The notes under the pieces: model-generated
Databases searched by the model: none
Told to the model about the DNA's origin: nothing
Seen by the model: only the letters and a program-made list of their open reading frames with translations
DNA from: Pseudomonadota bacterium
GTDB taxonomy: Bacteria > UBA10199 > 2-02-FULL-44-16 > JBDRGF01
Direction: 5' to 3'
Assembly: GCA_043818055.1 (NCBI GenBank)
Contig: JBDRGF010000071.1
Location: forward strand, 1-59,588
Length of the DNA: 59,588 bases
Shown: positions 1 to 10,219 of the stretch, piece after piece
How the letters are laid out: the number at the start of each line of letters is the position of its first letter
How positions within the stretch are numbered: the first letter of the stretch is position 1
Program-made: the position numbers and the translations under genes

Positions 1-29
1 CTACTTTGTTTTGTTCTTTTTGTTCTTCG

Positions 30-107
30 TGTCATCCCCGCGAAGGCGGGGATCCAGTATTGATAGGTATTAGCCAAATCTGGATCCCCGCCTTCGCGGG
101 GATGACA
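30..107. repeat. REP-like inverted doublet (GTCATCCCCGCG family)
   Basis: Perfect 28-bp inverted repeat TGTCATCCCCGCGAAGGCGGGGATCCAG (30-57) / CTGGATCCCCGCCTTCGCGGGGATGACA (80-107); each arm is itself a small hairpin. Confidence 0.9.
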
Positions 108-196
108 AGCGGGAATCATAGGTTTTTAGAGGTGCCCTTAATATAACTTCGGCGAAAACTCTCTCTTAGTGAGTTGCATTAAGATTTCTTCATTTT

Positions 197-297
197 TTGT
201 TATTCCTCTCCCCGCAACGAGCGCGGGGTAAACTTCAGAGGGAATCCAACGTAAATTCAACCCAATCTGGATCCCGCATCGGGGTGCGGGATGACAA
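197..297. repeat. Second, degenerate REP-like doublet of the same family with a small internal hairpin insert
   Basis: TTGTTATTCC...GGAATCCA and CTGGATCCCGCATCGGGGTGCGGGATGACAA arms; CCCCGC..GCGGGG hairpin inside the left arm. Confidence 0.7.
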
Positions 298-438
298 CAT
301 GGATGAGACTGGAGGACGACAATGAGATGTTAACCGGACAATAGTGAATCGAGTACGAAATAATAACGGAGAAAAATTCTCACACGGCGTTAAAATTTGC
401 GCCTTGTTATTTATTCGTTTTTTGCTATTCAGGTTAAA

Positions 439-1104
439 ATGGATAGTGAAATTTCAAGAAATATCAAAGCCATATTTGAAAGAATAGATAGATCCGCGCG
501 TAAAGCTCAGTTTGAGCCTAATAAAATTAAGCTCGTAGCAGTATCAAAAACCAAATCACCATCTATGATAAAAGAGGCGTATGATGCAGGTTTAAGGGAT
601 TTCGGTGAAAATTATGCGCAGGAGTTGAGGGATAAATCAAACGAGCTGAGTGATCTGGATATCAACTGGCACTTCATCGGCCACCTTCAAAAGAACAAAG
701 CAAAATATATAGCCAAATCCGCTAACTTCTGGCAGAGCCTCGATTCTTTTGATGTGGCATCAGAGGTCAACAAGCGCCTGGCAAATCCCATCGATGTACT
801 TATAGAGGTGAACCTTGGGGGAGAGGCGAGTAAAACCGGCGTTTCTGAATCGGAGCTCCCACAGCTCATTGAAAATCTACAAACTCTCGACAAGCTTAAC
901 GTCAAAGGCTTGATGGTAGTTCCCCCATATGATGATGATCCTGAAAAAAGCCGTCCATACTTCAAAAAGCTAAACAAACTGGCTCAAGAATTTCAACTCA
1001 AGGAGCTCTCGATGGGAATGACTCATGACTTCGAGGTCGCGATCGAAGAGGGGGCGACGATTGTGAGAGTGGGAACGCGGGTGTTTGGGGAGAGGACAAA
1101 ATAG
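439..1104 (+). CDS. yggS: YggS-family pyridoxal phosphate homeostasis protein
   Basis: Motifs LVAVSKT, FGENYAQE, WHFIGHLQKNK, LSMGMTHDFEVAIEEGATIVRVGT; ATG at 439 preferred over TTG 397. Confidence 0.95.
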   Translation: MDSEISRNIKAIFERIDRSARKAQFEPNKIKLVAVSKTKSPSMIKEAYDAGLRDFGENYAQELRDKSNELSDLDINWHFIGHLQKNKAKYIAKSANFWQSLDSFDVASEVNKRLANPIDVLIEVNLGGEASKTGVSESELPQLIENLQTLDKLNVKGLMVVPPYDDDPEKSRPYFKKLNKLAQEFQLKELSMGMTHDFEVAIEEGATIVRVGTRVFGERTK

Positions 1105-1128
1105 CATATAGCATATAGCATATAGCAT
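1101..1128. repeat. 7-bp tandem repeat (ATAGCAT)x4
   Basis: Read directly between yggS and yggU. Confidence 0.85.
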
Positions 1129-1150
1129 ATGGGAAAAAACATATCAAAAT

Positions 1151-1423
1151 ATGAATAACAATCTAAATTTGAAAATATACCTCACCCCTAGATCTTCGAA
1201 GAACAAGATCAAGGGATGGAGGGGGGATGAGCTCGCAATTGCAATTGCCGCCCCACCTGTCGATGGGGCAGCCAACGAAAACCTGATAAAATTCCTCTCA
1301 AAGGAGCTAAAAATCCCAAAATCCTCAATCTCGATTATAAAAGGCGTCTCCTCAAGACATAAGACACTTTTGATTCAAGGTGTCAGCGAAAACGATATTA
1401 AAAAAATCACCGCTTTGGTTTAA
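1151..1423 (+). CDS. yggU: DUF167/YggU family protein
   Basis: TPRSSKN...AAPPVDGAANENLIKFLSKELKIPKS...KGVSSRHK; usual neighbour of yggS. Confidence 0.9.
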   Translation: MNNNLNLKIYLTPRSSKNKIKGWRGDELAIAIAAPPVDGAANENLIKFLSKELKIPKSSISIIKGVSSRHKTLLIQGVSENDIKKITALV

Positions 1424-2033
1424 CATCGATGCTTTTAATAGCATCAGCAGCACAATACCTGAAATCCTCATATTTATCTTTGAGAGCGCGCCTGATTTCG
1501 GGAAGGGCTGACCTTGCGGCCGGGCCGATGAAGCCGAGAGTCGTTAATGTGATCAGACGAACATTAAAAGGTCCCGGATCTTGTGTACCTTCTTTTATAA
1601 TATGTTCGGTCTGGGTTAGCTTTGATCTCTTAAGTTCCTTTTCTGTCTCCTTCAGGGTCAGAACAAGTGCCTTAACAGTTGATATGGGGGCTTTTTTAAG
1701 GCCATTTGGCACACCAATCCCATTGAGCACAAGTATTGGGGCATAAACGTGCTTCCAAACCCTCTTTTTAAGAGCATCCTCGAGATGCCTGGTCAGTTGA
1801 GGCACAGCACAAGCTGCATGATCTCTCATCACCAACAACGAGTACATTGATTTTCTCCATCTCGCACCATTCAAACCGGATAGATGAGTCCGTATTACAT
1901 TTCCAACCGGTGATTTGGCGCAAACAAGCGAAGTTGAAGGCTTCGATGCAGGCGGCTTTTTTACAACCTTTCCTTTTTTTCCGGTGGCCGCACACAACAG
2001 ATTGGACATGCCGTACATCTGACTGACAAACAT
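1407..2033 (-). CDS. HEAT/PBS-lyase-like repeat protein
   Basis: C-terminal LGFIGPAARSALPEIRRALKDKYEDFRYCAADAIKSI is a HEAT-PBS unit; GGGA RBS upstream. Confidence 0.7.
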   Translation of the reverse strand: MFVSQMYGMSNLLCAATGKKGKVVKKPPASKPSTSLVCAKSPVGNVIRTHLSGLNGARWRKSMYSLLVMRDHAACAVPQLTRHLEDALKKRVWKHVYAPILVLNGIGVPNGLKKAPISTVKALVLTLKETEKELKRSKLTQTEHIIKEGTQDPGPFNVRLITLTTLGFIGPAARSALPEIRRALKDKYEDFRYCAADAIKSIDVKPKR

Positions 2034-2129
2034 AATTCCCTCCTTTTTTAATCATCATTATGATAGGTTTGTGACAATTTGCAAAGATAAGTTGCCCGAA
2101 TCAAAAAGCGTATGTAGCATGTAGTTAAA

Positions 2130-2253
2130 ACCTCACCCCCATCCGGCCAAAAACACTCACCCCCTTCTGCCCTACGGGCATCTTCCCCCCTCAAGAGGGC
2201 AGAGCATAGCGGAAAGGGCATTGAGGGCACCTTCCCCCATTCAGGGGTAAGGG
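2130..2253. repeat. REP-like GC-rich palindromic cluster (CCCCTT..CCCC..GGGG type)
   Basis: Short hairpins TGCCCTACGGGCA, CCCTCAAGAGGG and CCTTCCCCCATTCAGGGGTAAGG in an intergenic gap. Confidence 0.5.
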
Positions 2254-2375
2254 CAAAATTATTGCGCTTCACGCTTCACGGGCGGACGCTTCACGTAATC
2301 ATGCCACATGCGCCTTTTCTTCCCTTACCGCTGATTATCATTTACTTTTTTTCAAAATTAACTATAAATGGGGAC

Positions 2376-2404
2376 TTGAATTCCCACCCCCTTTGGGGGA
2401 TAAT
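2376..2404 (+). promoter_or_regulatory. Putative sigma70 promoter for the FmdB-kinase-EBP operon
   Basis: TTGAAT-N17-GATAAT, 21 nt upstream of the ATG at 2426. Confidence 0.35.
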
Positions 2405-2425
2405 GTGAACACTTAGGTTCAATTT

Positions 2426-2698
2426 ATGCCGATATACGAATACGAATGCAAAAGCTGCAAAAAGTATTTTGAGACGATGCAAAAGGCATCGGACGAGCCT
2501 CTTGCTCAGTGCCCCACCTGTGGAAAGAAAGTGTCGAGGGTCATGTCAAGGACATCTTTCGCTCTAAAGGGAGGCGGCTGGTATAAAGATGGATATGCAT
2601 CAGGCGGTAAAAAAACAAGTGACACCTCGAGCCCAAAATCATCACCCAAGGAGAAAGGATCAAAAGAAAAGAGCTCTAATCCACCGGGGAGCAAATAA
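2426..2698 (+). CDS. FmdB-family zinc ribbon protein
   Basis: MPIYEYECKSC...CPTCG...FALKGGGWYKDGY signature. Confidence 0.9.
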   Translation: MPIYEYECKSCKKYFETMQKASDEPLAQCPTCGKKVSRVMSRTSFALKGGGWYKDGYASGGKKTSDTSSPKSSPKEKGSKEKSSNPPGSK

Positions 2699-3321
2699 TG
2701 ATAGACCGAATCAACAGGCCGGACGCGCCTGAACCGTGGAAAATTAAGAGGGCTAAGGAAACAAAAGAGAATCAGCATCACAAAGGGGATCGGGAGCAAA
2801 AGGGTAAGAAGAAAGAGCAGCCTGAGCAAGCCGAAGAGTGGAAAAAATATGATTCCGGGGAAACATACATCAAGCCGATCAGAGTTAAGAGAGCCAGCAT
2901 AGAAAGGTGTCTTTTCAAAGGAGCTGATTTACATAGCGGAATTGCACTCTTAGAAGTAGATATCACGTGGGTAGACGGTAAAACGATTAATGACGCTATA
3001 CTTTTACTGTACAACCTTGAAGATTATTTTAAAGTAAAAAATTTTAAAACCGGGGAAAATGTTCCCGATCAATATTGGGGAAGAGAGGAATACGTCGAAG
3101 TTGGAATCCCTCAAAAGGTTCATAAGTCAGGCCTATATCGTCCGGAAACAGACAAGGTTCAGAAGGTTGAAAAACAGGAAGAATCACTGTTCAAAAAGAT
3201 TCTGAGAACCATAGGCTTGATAGACCGTCATACGGGGGAGTTTCAGACTACGATTGCATTTATATATTTATTTTTCTTTGTAGTTTTATTACTCTTATTG
3301 ATCCTCGAGATCAGCAAATAA
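2698..3321 (+). CDS. Hypothetical protein with a C-terminal transmembrane helix
   Basis: TAATG overlap with the upstream gene; hydrophobic IAFIYLFFFVVLLLLLIL tail. Confidence 0.7.
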   Translation: MIDRINRPDAPEPWKIKRAKETKENQHHKGDREQKGKKKEQPEQAEEWKKYDSGETYIKPIRVKRASIERCLFKGADLHSGIALLEVDITWVDGKTINDAILLLYNLEDYFKVKNFKTGENVPDQYWGREEYVEVGIPQKVHKSGLYRPETDKVQKVEKQEESLFKKILRTIGLIDRHTGEFQTTIAFIYLFFFVVLLLLLILEISK

Positions 3322-3325
3322 AATT

Positions 3326-5887
3326 ATGGCAGAACTAGAGACAAAACAATTTGGAAAGTATTTTCTCCTCGAAAAATTGGCAACAGGAGGGATGGCGGAA
3401 ATATATAAGGCCAAAACCTTCGGTGTAGATGGCTTTGAGAAGATGCTGGTGATCAAAAGAATCCTCCCCCACTGTTCAGCAGACAAGGAATTTATCACCA
3501 TGCTGACCGATGAGGCTAAGCTGTCGGTGCTCCTATCTCACGCCAATATCGTGCAGGTCTACGACCTCGGTCGGGTCGGCTCAGACTACTTCATCTCGAT
3601 GGAGTACATAAACGGAGTGAATCTTAGAGAACTGACTTATCGCTGCAGGGAATCGGGAAGCCCCCTTTCCCCGGAAATATGCGTCTTCATAGCAAGCGAA
3701 ATCTGCAAAGGTCTTGATTACGCGCACAGAAAGTCAGATGACAAAAATAACCCGCTAAATATCGTCCACAGGGATATCAGCCCACAGAACATTCTGATCT
3801 CGTACGAAGGAGAGGTCAAGATCGTGGACTTCGGCATCGCCAAAGCTGCTATGAACATATCTCATACGATGGCGGGAATCCTAAAGGGCAAAATCGCTTA
3901 CATGTCCCCGGAACAGGCATCAGGCCAACAGATCGACAAACGAACTGATATCTTCTCGGCAGGAATTCTCCTCTACGAGATGCTCACTAACGAAAAACTT
4001 TTCACGGGGGAATCACAGTTTGAAGTCCTACAGAAGATCCGATCGGCCAATGTCACAAAGGAGTCCCTGCCTGATTCAATCCCTGAACCGCTGAAGGATA
4101 TTCTGGTCAAGGCGCTGGCTGCAAACCCGGACGAACGCTATCAGATAGCCGGGGATATGCAGATCGATCTGACAAAACTCCTCTACTCCACCTACTCGGA
4201 TTTCACGCCCAGAAAAGTTGCAATGATCATAAAAAAGACCTTCTCAGAAGATATAGAGAAGGACCAGATGGAGAGGGCCAAGATCGAGTCGCTCGAACAG
4301 CAGACGGCCTCGATGAATATATCCGAAGGCGAAAAGCAGGAATCGATCGTCCACAGCAAAACCCCTCCTCCGGAAAGTCAGAGCATAACAACACGAGAAG
4401 AGACGCTTCCCAAAAAAGGTTTCTTCAAACGTTTTGCGGTTACAACCCTTCTCCTCGCAGTGATAGGATTTGGAGGCTGGTTCGGCTATCAATACTACCA
4501 AAACTTCAAACCTGCGGGTGACGAGACACGCGAATTTAGTTCATTGATACTATCATCCGATCCTACAGGGGCATCCGTCACTCTGAACGGCACGGATACC
4601 GGAAGGACGACTCCAACAACTATAGAGAGGCTTAAAATAGGCGAACAGTACACCGTCAAACTCGAAAAAAAGGGATATACGACGATTGAAAAAACCTTCG
4701 CCATCACATCTGCTGAGCCGCTTAACTTAAATCTCCCCCTCGTTCCTCCAAAAGGAATTTTGAACATCATATCATCTCCACCCGGAGCTTCTATCCTCCT
4801 CGATAATATCGCAACAGGACGCGTAACACCCACAACGCTTGACAGGCTGCCGATGAATACCACTCTCAAAATCACTCTAAAAAAACCAAATTTCAAAGAT
4901 TACGATCAGACGATTAAACTCAAATCGGAGGAACCTGAATCAATCTCTGTTAATTTATTTTCCGAAACTGGCAGCTTGAGCCTTTCATCAGAACCAACCG
5001 GCGCCTCCATCGAACTCAATGGCAAGGACTTAGGACAGAAGACACCTTACACGATCACCAACTTAGAGGTCGGAAATAAATATGATGTTACACTAAAATT
5101 AGAAGGGTATACGGATGTTACAAAGAGCTATTCGATAGAGAACACATCACTTTTAAGCACTACGGAAAAGCTGAACAAAAGACCCCCTACTGCCGAGCAA
5201 AAAACAGCATCTATCAAACTTACCTCTAAACCAAGCGGTGCGACTGTCTATAGCGGAAAGCAAAAGCTTGGAACGACACCTTTCACAACTAAAAAGTTTA
5301 CTGTGGGGGGAAGCTACAATCTTCGATTCACAAAGAGCGGCTACTCAGCGACGAGCAAGCAGGGAAAAGTTTCTGATGAATCTTTAGATATTCACGCAAC
5401 TCTCTCGAAGGAAGAAAAGCCTGTTGAACCGACACCCACACTAACTCCATCAGGAACAGGAAAACTTACTGTAAGCAGCTCTCCCTCTGGCGCCAATGTC
5501 TTCGTTAATGGAGATCATAAAGGGACAACCCCTTTGACTGTTTCTATTTCCTCTGGTGCCGCCAAAGTCTTGATCAACAAAGAGGGCTACGCTACTGAAA
5601 AGAGAAATGTCACGATACAGGCTGGAAAAACCACATCGATCTCCTCAGTTGATCTGATCAAAGAGAGCGAGTTGAGGCTCAGCATAAAAACAACCCCCCC
5701 CGCCGCTTCGGTGACTCTCGATGGAGTGAAAATTCCACCGACACCTGTGATCATCAAAGGAGCGGGACTTAGGATGAACAACACTTACACCATAGTGATC
5801 TCAAAATCAGGATATGAAACCATCACAAAACAGGTCACGATGGATAAACCTCAAAAAGAGATAAATGTATTCCTTGAAAAGAAGTAA
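3326..5887 (+). CDS. Membrane Hanks-type Ser/Thr kinase with extracellular PEGA repeats
   Basis: GGMAEIY, HRDISPQN, DFG, YMSPEQ; one TM helix; about six SxPxGAxVxLDG...G.TP PEGA units. Confidence 0.95.
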   Translation: MAELETKQFGKYFLLEKLATGGMAEIYKAKTFGVDGFEKMLVIKRILPHCSADKEFITMLTDEAKLSVLLSHANIVQVYDLGRVGSDYFISMEYINGVNLRELTYRCRESGSPLSPEICVFIASEICKGLDYAHRKSDDKNNPLNIVHRDISPQNILISYEGEVKIVDFGIAKAAMNISHTMAGILKGKIAYMSPEQASGQQIDKRTDIFSAGILLYEMLTNEKLFTGESQFEVLQKIRSANVTKESLPDSIPEPLKDILVKALAANPDERYQIAGDMQIDLTKLLYSTYSDFTPRKVAMIIKKTFSEDIEKDQMERAKIESLEQQTASMNISEGEKQESIVHSKTPPPESQSITTREETLPKKGFFKRFAVTTLLLAVIGFGGWFGYQYYQNFKPAGDETREFSSLILSSDPTGASVTLNGTDTGRTTPTTIERLKIGEQYTVKLEKKGYTTIEKTFAITSAEPLNLNLPLVPPKGILNIISSPPGASILLDNIATGRVTPTTLDRLPMNTTLKITLKKPNFKDYDQTIKLKSEEPESISVNLFSETGSLSLSSEPTGASIELNGKDLGQKTPYTITNLEVGNKYDVTLKLEGYTDVTKSYSIENTSLLSTTEKLNKRPPTAEQKTASIKLTSKPSGATVYSGKQKLGTTPFTTKKFTVGGSYNLRFTKSGYSATSKQGKVSDESLDIHATLSKEEKPVEPTPTLTPSGTGKLTVSSSPSGANVFVNGDHKGTTPLTVSISSGAAKVLINKEGYATEKRNVTIQAGKTTSISSVDLIKESELRLSIKTTPPAASVTLDGVKIPPTPVIIKGAGLRMNNTYTIVISKSGYETITKQVTMDKPQKEINVFLEKK

Positions 5888-5893
5888 GGAGCT

Positions 5894-7288
5894 TTGCACA
5901 TGAACCCAGACATCGATTCAAAAACAGAACTTCTTAAACTCTCCGAGATCTCATCTCCTATCTCGCTCAGAAAGTGCCAGCTGGTAGTCGTAAAGGGTCC
6001 GGACTCGGGAAAGAAGCTAACACTCAGCAAAAACGAAATTAAAGTCGGAAAAAAGGAAGACAATGATCTGGTAGTAACAGATAAAACCGTCTCCAGAAAT
6101 CATCTCGAGATACAATATAAGTCCGACATTTTCATGCTCATAGATCGTGATTCTACAAACGGCACATACTTGAACGGCAACAAGGTCAAGGAGGCATACC
6201 TATTCCCGGGAGACCAGATAAAACTTGGAAATACAGTCCTCGAATTCATTGCGTTTGACGAAGGTGTGAAGATAGAACCGAGCTCCAGAGAAGAGTTCGG
6301 CGAAATGGTGGGAAAGAGCAAAAGGATGCGTCAGATATTTGCGATACTCGAAAAGATAGCGCCATCCAACGCCACAGTGATAATCGAGGGAGATACCGGC
6401 ACAGGCAAAGACCTTGTCGCTAAGGCTATTCATGAATACAGCCACAGAAAAAACAAACCATTCATAGTCTTCGACTGTTCGGCCGTCGCCCCAAATCTCA
6501 TCGAAAGCGAACTCTTCGGGCATGAGCGCGGCTCCTTCACCGGAGCGGTAAAAGCGAGACGCGGAGCCTTTGAGGCGGCTAACGGCGGTACGATATTTCT
6601 CGACGAAATTGGAGAATTGACTCTCGACCTTCAACCCAAGCTCTTGCGCGCTCTTGAACAGAGAGAGGTGAAGAGAGTCGGAGCCAACGTGCCTATCAAG
6701 ATAGATGTAAGGGTGGTCTGCGCGACAAACAGAAATCTTAGAACCGAGATCAAGGAGGGAAGATTCAGGGAGGATCTCTACTACAGATTGTCCGTTGTCA
6801 AAATTCACCTCCCATCGCTGCGCGATCGTCCTGATGATATTTCACTCTTGCTCGAGCACTTTCTCTCCACAAGCCACTTGAACAAGGACCCGAACGGCAA
6901 TCTCAAGGTGACGCACGTCGATGATGAAACCCTAAAAATTCTCTCCCGCCATCCGTGGCCAGGCAACGTAAGGGAACTATATAATGTAATGGAGAGAGCA
7001 ATATCTTTCGTGGAAGGCGATATCCTCACGAGATCTCATCTCGAATTCATATTCTCCGAATCGCAGGTTGAACATTCAGATGAGAGAACTGAGTGGATGC
7101 CATTATCTACAGACATTCCTTTCAAAGATGCAAAGGCGAAGATCGTGGAGGTATTCGAAAAAGAGTATCTGACCGAACTCCTTAAAAGAAATGACAACAA
7201 TATCTCCAAGGCCTCCAGGGAAGCCAAGATCGACCGCAAACACCTGCGAAATCTGCTTAAGAAATATGGGATTTCTTCGAAAGATTAA
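5894..7288 (+). CDS. FHA-domain sigma54-dependent enhancer-binding activator (Fis-type HTH)
   Basis: FHA (VSRNH, STNGT), Walker [41 protein letters not shown]-terminal HTH. Start may be ATG 5900. Confidence 0.95.
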   Translation: MHMNPDIDSKTELLKLSEISSPISLRKCQLVVVKGPDSGKKLTLSKNEIKVGKKEDNDLVVTDKTVSRNHLEIQYKSDIFMLIDRDSTNGTYLNGNKVKEAYLFPGDQIKLGNTVLEFIAFDEGVKIEPSSREEFGEMVGKSKRMRQIFAILEKIAPSNATVIIEGDTGTGKDLVAKAIHEYSHRKNKPFIVFDCSAVAPNLIESELFGHERGSFTGAVKARRGAFEAANGGTIFLDEIGELTLDLQPKLLRALEQREVKRVGANVPIKIDVRVVCATNRNLRTEIKEGRFREDLYYRLSVVKIHLPSLRDRPDDISLLLEHFLSTSHLNKDPNGNLKVTHVDDETLKILSRHPWPGNVRELYNVMERAISFVEGDILTRSHLEFIFSESQVEHSDERTEWMPLSTDIPFKDAKAKIVEVFEKEYLTELLKRNDNNISKASREAKIDRKHLRNLLKKYGISSKD

Positions 7289-7332
7289 AAAAAAATAAAG
7301 TAGATTTTTAGAGGTCGACATATCTTTCAGAG

Positions 7333-8964
7333 TCACTTCGAACGCATCAGCAACCCATAGGTGTTATTTGAAGTGGTCGCTGAGAGGTTGATGCTATCAG
7401 GGATTGTGTCGATTAGATAATACTTCGCAGCACTTCCACTCACAGTTGCCCTCGATCCCGCAGAATATGAATTAAGATAGGGGCCTGTAAGCACTGTATC
7501 GCGTCCATCTTCCGGCTCACAGATGAGACATACACCTGTGGTATTCCCAGTGTTCGAATCAACTGTTCGCGGTTGATAGACAAATCTGGAATCAGAGGTC
7601 AGTCCACGATCAGTCATAGCAAGCGCTATAGTCCATCGCAGCATAAACTCGGAAAAGTTGTTAAAGCTATCAGAACCGTTGAATGCGCTTTCAAGATTAT
7701 CAACGCCACTTTCGTTCGTTTGTAAAAGTCGGGAGAGAAATTGATCCGGATCGGCGCTCTGCTCATACATGAATCGCAGGAAAAGATAAGCTGCGCCTCG
7801 CTCCTGAAGCGAGGGTGATTCACCTGAGACGAGCATTGTGTTTGCAGGGTCAGCCAGGAAGAGCTCATAGCGCGACGGGTTCTCCTGATTATGACCGATC
7901 ATGTCTTCGGTGAGGTGAGACATACCCTCGTTGAGCCATCCCTCCTCTGGTGAGCCGTCACGCACAAATACATGCTGGTTATAGCTGATGGCGTGCTGCA
8001 GCTCATGTGGGAAGACCGCCGGCAGGAGATTCGACATCGCAAACTCATTGGAGATCGGATATCCAAAGTCACCATCTGGATCTGGAGACATCAGATAGAC
8101 GATCTCACCATAATCCGAGGTCGGATTCGCATCCGATTGTTCATAAAGATCTGCCGCGTAGAAAAACCCGGTGATGATACCGCCGGCCATATTACCCAAG
8201 CGATTGACCTGCGTTGTTATCAACGCGATGACCTTGCCATTTCCATCGATATCAGAAGGCCCATCATAAATCTGATTCTCCCACTCAGCTGCGCGTTGAT
8301 ATTCGCTGCAAAGTAAAGCGATGTCATCACTCGAAAGCATATTTGAATTTACCTCTTCATCAATGTAGATCAAAATATCGCTTTCAATACAGCGCAAATA
8401 TGCATTCACGTCAGAGTATGCTGTTAAAGAGGTAAGACTGCTAAGCACACGAAATCCCCTGTAGCTGCCTAATTCCACAGCCTTGGTCATGGTTTTTCCA
8501 ATGCCGTGCGTAGGTGTCGTTATTTGAGTCGGGGGTTGAGTTGCCAATTCAAATTCTGCGGCTCGAAGCCATGAGGAGAGGATTGAGCTGGCGTCATAAC
8601 CATCACCTTCAGAGAGCATGTTCTTAATGAGCGGATCTGCATCTTCAACTGGAACGCTCTCGTTGCTCATAACTATTGAGCTTCCTGCGCTAGTTGAACT
8701 GGCTGAACCTAAGATGAGGAGAAATTCGGTCGACTTATCAACTCCATCGAAATTGATTTGCGCAGAATCCCCATCGAAACTGACAAGCATAATATCACCG
8801 ACGCTCATATCGGAGGGTGAGGATACGAAATTAGTGTACTCAGTTCCCGCAACCTCACTCTCGCTAGGACTGCCCGATGACCCCCCGCACCCTGAAAGAA
8901 ATAGAGAGAGGCTGACCACATAAAAAAACCATCGGTACCACGACTTTTTATTTTTTAATTTCAT
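7333..8964 (-). CDS. Lipoprotein zinc metallopeptidase (HEXXH+E, M30/M6-like)
   Basis: Signal peptide with lipobox LSGC; HELQH followed by WLNEGMSH. Confidence 0.75.
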   Translation of the reverse strand: MKLKNKKSWYRWFFYVVSLSLFLSGCGGSSGSPSESEVAGTEYTNFVSSPSDMSVGDIMLVSFDGDSAQINFDGVDKSTEFLLILGSASSTSAGSSIVMSNESVPVEDADPLIKNMLSEGDGYDASSILSSWLRAAEFELATQPPTQITTPTHGIGKTMTKAVELGSYRGFRVLSSLTSLTAYSDVNAYLRCIESDILIYIDEEVNSNMLSSDDIALLCSEYQRAAEWENQIYDGPSDIDGNGKVIALITTQVNRLGNMAGGIITGFFYAADLYEQSDANPTSDYGEIVYLMSPDPDGDFGYPISNEFAMSNLLPAVFPHELQHAISYNQHVFVRDGSPEEGWLNEGMSHLTEDMIGHNQENPSRYELFLADPANTMLVSGESPSLQERGAAYLFLRFMYEQSADPDQFLSRLLQTNESGVDNLESAFNGSDSFNNFSEFMLRWTIALAMTDRGLTSDSRFVYQPRTVDSNTGNTTGVCLICEPEDGRDTVLTGPYLNSYSAGSRATVSGSAAKYYLIDTIPDSINLSATTSNNTYGLLMRSK

Positions 8965-8989
8965 ATTCCCCCTGCTAAGCTCTATTTAA

Positions 8990-9006
8990 AGCAAGGGGTG
9001 TGCCAA
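8990..9006 (-). promoter_or_regulatory. sigma54 -24/-12 promoter of the lipoprotein peptidase gene
   Basis: Minus strand reads TTGGCAC-ACCCC-TTGCT, matching TGGCAC-N5-TTGCW, 25 nt upstream of the ATG. Confidence 0.8.
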
Positions 9007-9162
9007 AACCTATAAATCAAACACTGTAAATATGCGTTTAGAATTCAAGCAGTTATATTATGGCTAGATGAGTAGATTTGTACTAGATGGGTGTTTTTAT
9101 ACAAAGACAGAACAAGAATAGTCAATAATATGACGTATACTTTTTGGATTAAAATCTGAGGG

Positions 9163-10092
9163 CTAGAATAGCAAATCTTTGAGGATATACTTTCTGGATA
9201 TGCTTCGAAGATGGAATGGAACAACACAGCCGCAGCGATCGCAGTCGGCCTTGCCTCCTAACATGCATTTGGATTTGAGCTCCCCTGAGGCGTTTATCGC
9301 AAAGCCCTTTTTCATAAAAATACAATTTGAACCCACCGCTTTATGCCGGTTCCCGCTCTTCATAAGGGAGTAAAGGGTTTCGCTGCCGGAGATGAATTGC
9401 CCATACTTTTCCCTTTTAAGAGTCAGGATTTTATCGATAATTTTGTCGCGTTCTTCAAACGGAATCCAGAGATCATCCTCGGCGTCCACAAAGGGTGTAT
9501 AAAAATCAAAGATCATCTCCTTAACGTTCGAACAATCATACCACTCCTCTAGCATAGGCTCTATGCATTCTTTATTGAGGTTGTTCAGACAACAAGCCAG
9601 ACGAATGGTCTTCCCATAATTTTTTGGGTCGGTGACATTTTTGTGAAGGCGGGCATAGACCCCTTTACCTCTGATTTTATCGTGGGTCTCCTGAGTCCCG
9701 TCGAGCGATATATAATATGAGACATCCTTCCAGTCGGGAAGAGGCAACGTTCCATTTGTGACTATCAGATTGAATTTAAATTTTGATTTGAGTTTATATG
9801 GAACATCCTGCCTGAGAAGAGGCTCACCCCCTACCCACGTACAGCTCCAGCAATTTTTGAAGTTTGAAAGATGAGTGGAAATTTTATCGATAAGGTGAGA
9901 TGGTTCAATCTCCTCATCCTGCTTGCCAGCGTAGTAGTAGCAATGCTTACAGCGCAAATTGCATTTATTGGTCACATCCACTGAGCCGAACGATTTTTTT
10001 GGGACGCCATAGAAAAGAAGCACAAGTCTGGGTAAAATCTGGCTTTTAAAAATGGGGTATCTTCTGGTAATAAATTCTTTTTTATCCATCAT
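9163..10092 (-). CDS. Radical SAM protein
   Basis: CNLRCKHC (CxxxCxxC), GGEPLL, TNG, SLDG; Cys-rich C-terminus (CDRCGC). Confidence 0.9.
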   Translation of the reverse strand: MMDKKEFITRRYPIFKSQILPRLVLLFYGVPKKSFGSVDVTNKCNLRCKHCYYYAGKQDEEIEPSHLIDKISTHLSNFKNCWSCTWVGGEPLLRQDVPYKLKSKFKFNLIVTNGTLPLPDWKDVSYYISLDGTQETHDKIRGKGVYARLHKNVTDPKNYGKTIRLACCLNNLNKECIEPMLEEWYDCSNVKEMIFDFYTPFVDAEDDLWIPFEERDKIIDKILTLKREKYGQFISGSETLYSLMKSGNRHKAVGSNCIFMKKGFAINASGELKSKCMLGGKADCDRCGCVVPFHLRSISRKYILKDLLF

Positions 10093-10119
10093 TAAACTGC
10101 GCTAAGTGCGGGAGATTTT

Positions 10120-10182
10120 GTAGGGGCAGGTTTTAAACCTGCCCATGAATCTGTTCCGGGTGGGTTTAAAACCCACCCCTAC
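10120..10182. repeat. GTAG-type REP doublet
   Basis: GTAGGGGCAGGTTTTAAACCTGCCC ... GGGTGGGTTTAAAACCCACCCCTAC: inverted pair of hairpins with GTAG/CTAC feet. Confidence 0.85.
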
Positions 10183-10219
10183 AAAAAATATATTGTCATA
10201 GGAAAAACTCCCCGCTCCC

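Noticed and set aside
2080..2097. Possible sigma54 promoter for the HEAT gene (GGGCAACTTATCTTTGCA, minus strand)
   Set aside because: GG-to-GC spacing is 12, not the required 10.
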